A stretch of 64,000 nucleotides of DNA from Takakia lepidozioides (taxonomy: Eukaryota; Plantae; Bryophyta). Position numbers and translations under genes: made by a program. Every line of letters starts with the position of its first letter. The stretch's first letter is position 1. The notes under the pieces are model-generated. The model did no database searches and was not told the DNA's origin. It was given only the letters and a program-made list of their open reading frames with translations. Location: the NCBI GenBank assembly GCA_030704615.1, contig CM060732.1, forward strand, positions 9,424,001-9,488,000, read 5' to 3'. This document shows, in pieces, positions 63,225 through 64,000 of this stretch.

Positions 63225-63340
63225 GGGGAATGCTTGCGCGTGAGCCTGGTCGCGTGAGCCTGTGAGCCTGGCTAGGCTCACTGCAGGCCCTAATTCCGTG
63301 CCTCCCCCCCCCCCCCCCCCCCCTATTACCGCGGATCGGT
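63225..63340 (+). mobile_element. Terminus of another family copy inserted into D's MTase exon
   Basis: GGGGAATGCTTGCGCGTGAGC, GTGAGCC repeats, CCTAATTCCGTG and CCTATTACCGCGG. Confidence 0.7.
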
Positions 63341-64000
63341 TGTCGCCTATGTCCTTATTTTTTGATCCCTCTTCATCGCCCCCACATGAATATTCTTTCC
63401 GACCGAGAACAATGGTAGGTTTGTGGATGGTTTAGGATTGAGGACATGATTTTTGAATGAGGAGATCGCCCGCTAGAGAATTGAATATTAACAGCAAACC
63501 CCTTCTTTTGCAAAGTAGTTCATTCATTCCAACCCACAAACACTTTTCAATGCCGGAATCTGAAGACCTACCCCAGGCAATCCCTAACTGTACTTACGGG
63601 AACGCACGAAGAACTTGAAAAACAGTTTGGGGATGGAAGCAAAACCAAAACATATTTTATTAAGTCTCGGTACTTGAACCTCAAGAACTATTGGAGGTTT
63701 CAAAGGAACTACTTCCAGAGTCTGCAGCAATATCATCTATGAACACAACAGCCCATCCGCGACGTTTTTTTTTTTCCGTGACCCCCATGGAGAGGCAAAT
63801 ACATTGTTTGTTGGGACAACATGCACTTACTCACATGAGAAATCGGAATCAACATCCAGCGCATCGGGCTCTTGCAGATTTGTTTTTTCCCATCTCATGT
63901 GGGGGGGAATATGAATATTGCCCGGGTATGTATATGAAATATTTAGTAGATTCAAGAAAATATTCAATAACATGAGAAAAAGAATTGACCTTCACAATGG

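Overview
Eukaryotic, intron-containing, transposon-saturated DNA, probably a land plant (bryophyte-like by inference). I found no host gene, rRNA or tRNA; there is a 500-N gap at 8308-8807. About two-thirds of the window is nested, partly decayed copies of one large Mutator-like (MULE) DNA transposon family. Its layout is: 21-bp terminus, a multi-exon cargo gene fusing a ParB/Sulfiredoxin-like domain (VWDGNHRLLAW) to a permuted beta-class N4-cytosine/N6-adenine methyltransferase-like domain (D/N-IPDG ... ILD[LF]TCGTG), arrays of long palindromes, a divergently transcribed GCM-MULE-SWIM transposase, terminus. One copy (32519-45850) has both ends and an 8-bp TSD (CCACCAGG). Each subfamily carries its own palindrome (GGAAATGCGG-YR-CCGCATTTCC; GGAAAT[TC]CGG-CG-CCG[AG]ATTTCC; TCAACCTTGCGT-YR-ACGCAAGGTTGA; TCAACCTCGTGT-YR-ACACGAGGTTGA) in spacers and introns. 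My main hypothesis is a transposon-borne ParB/parS-like self-recognition and DNA-marking system; the function is inferred, not shown. The rest is Gypsy gag remnants, CACTA fragments and a 247-bp MITE.
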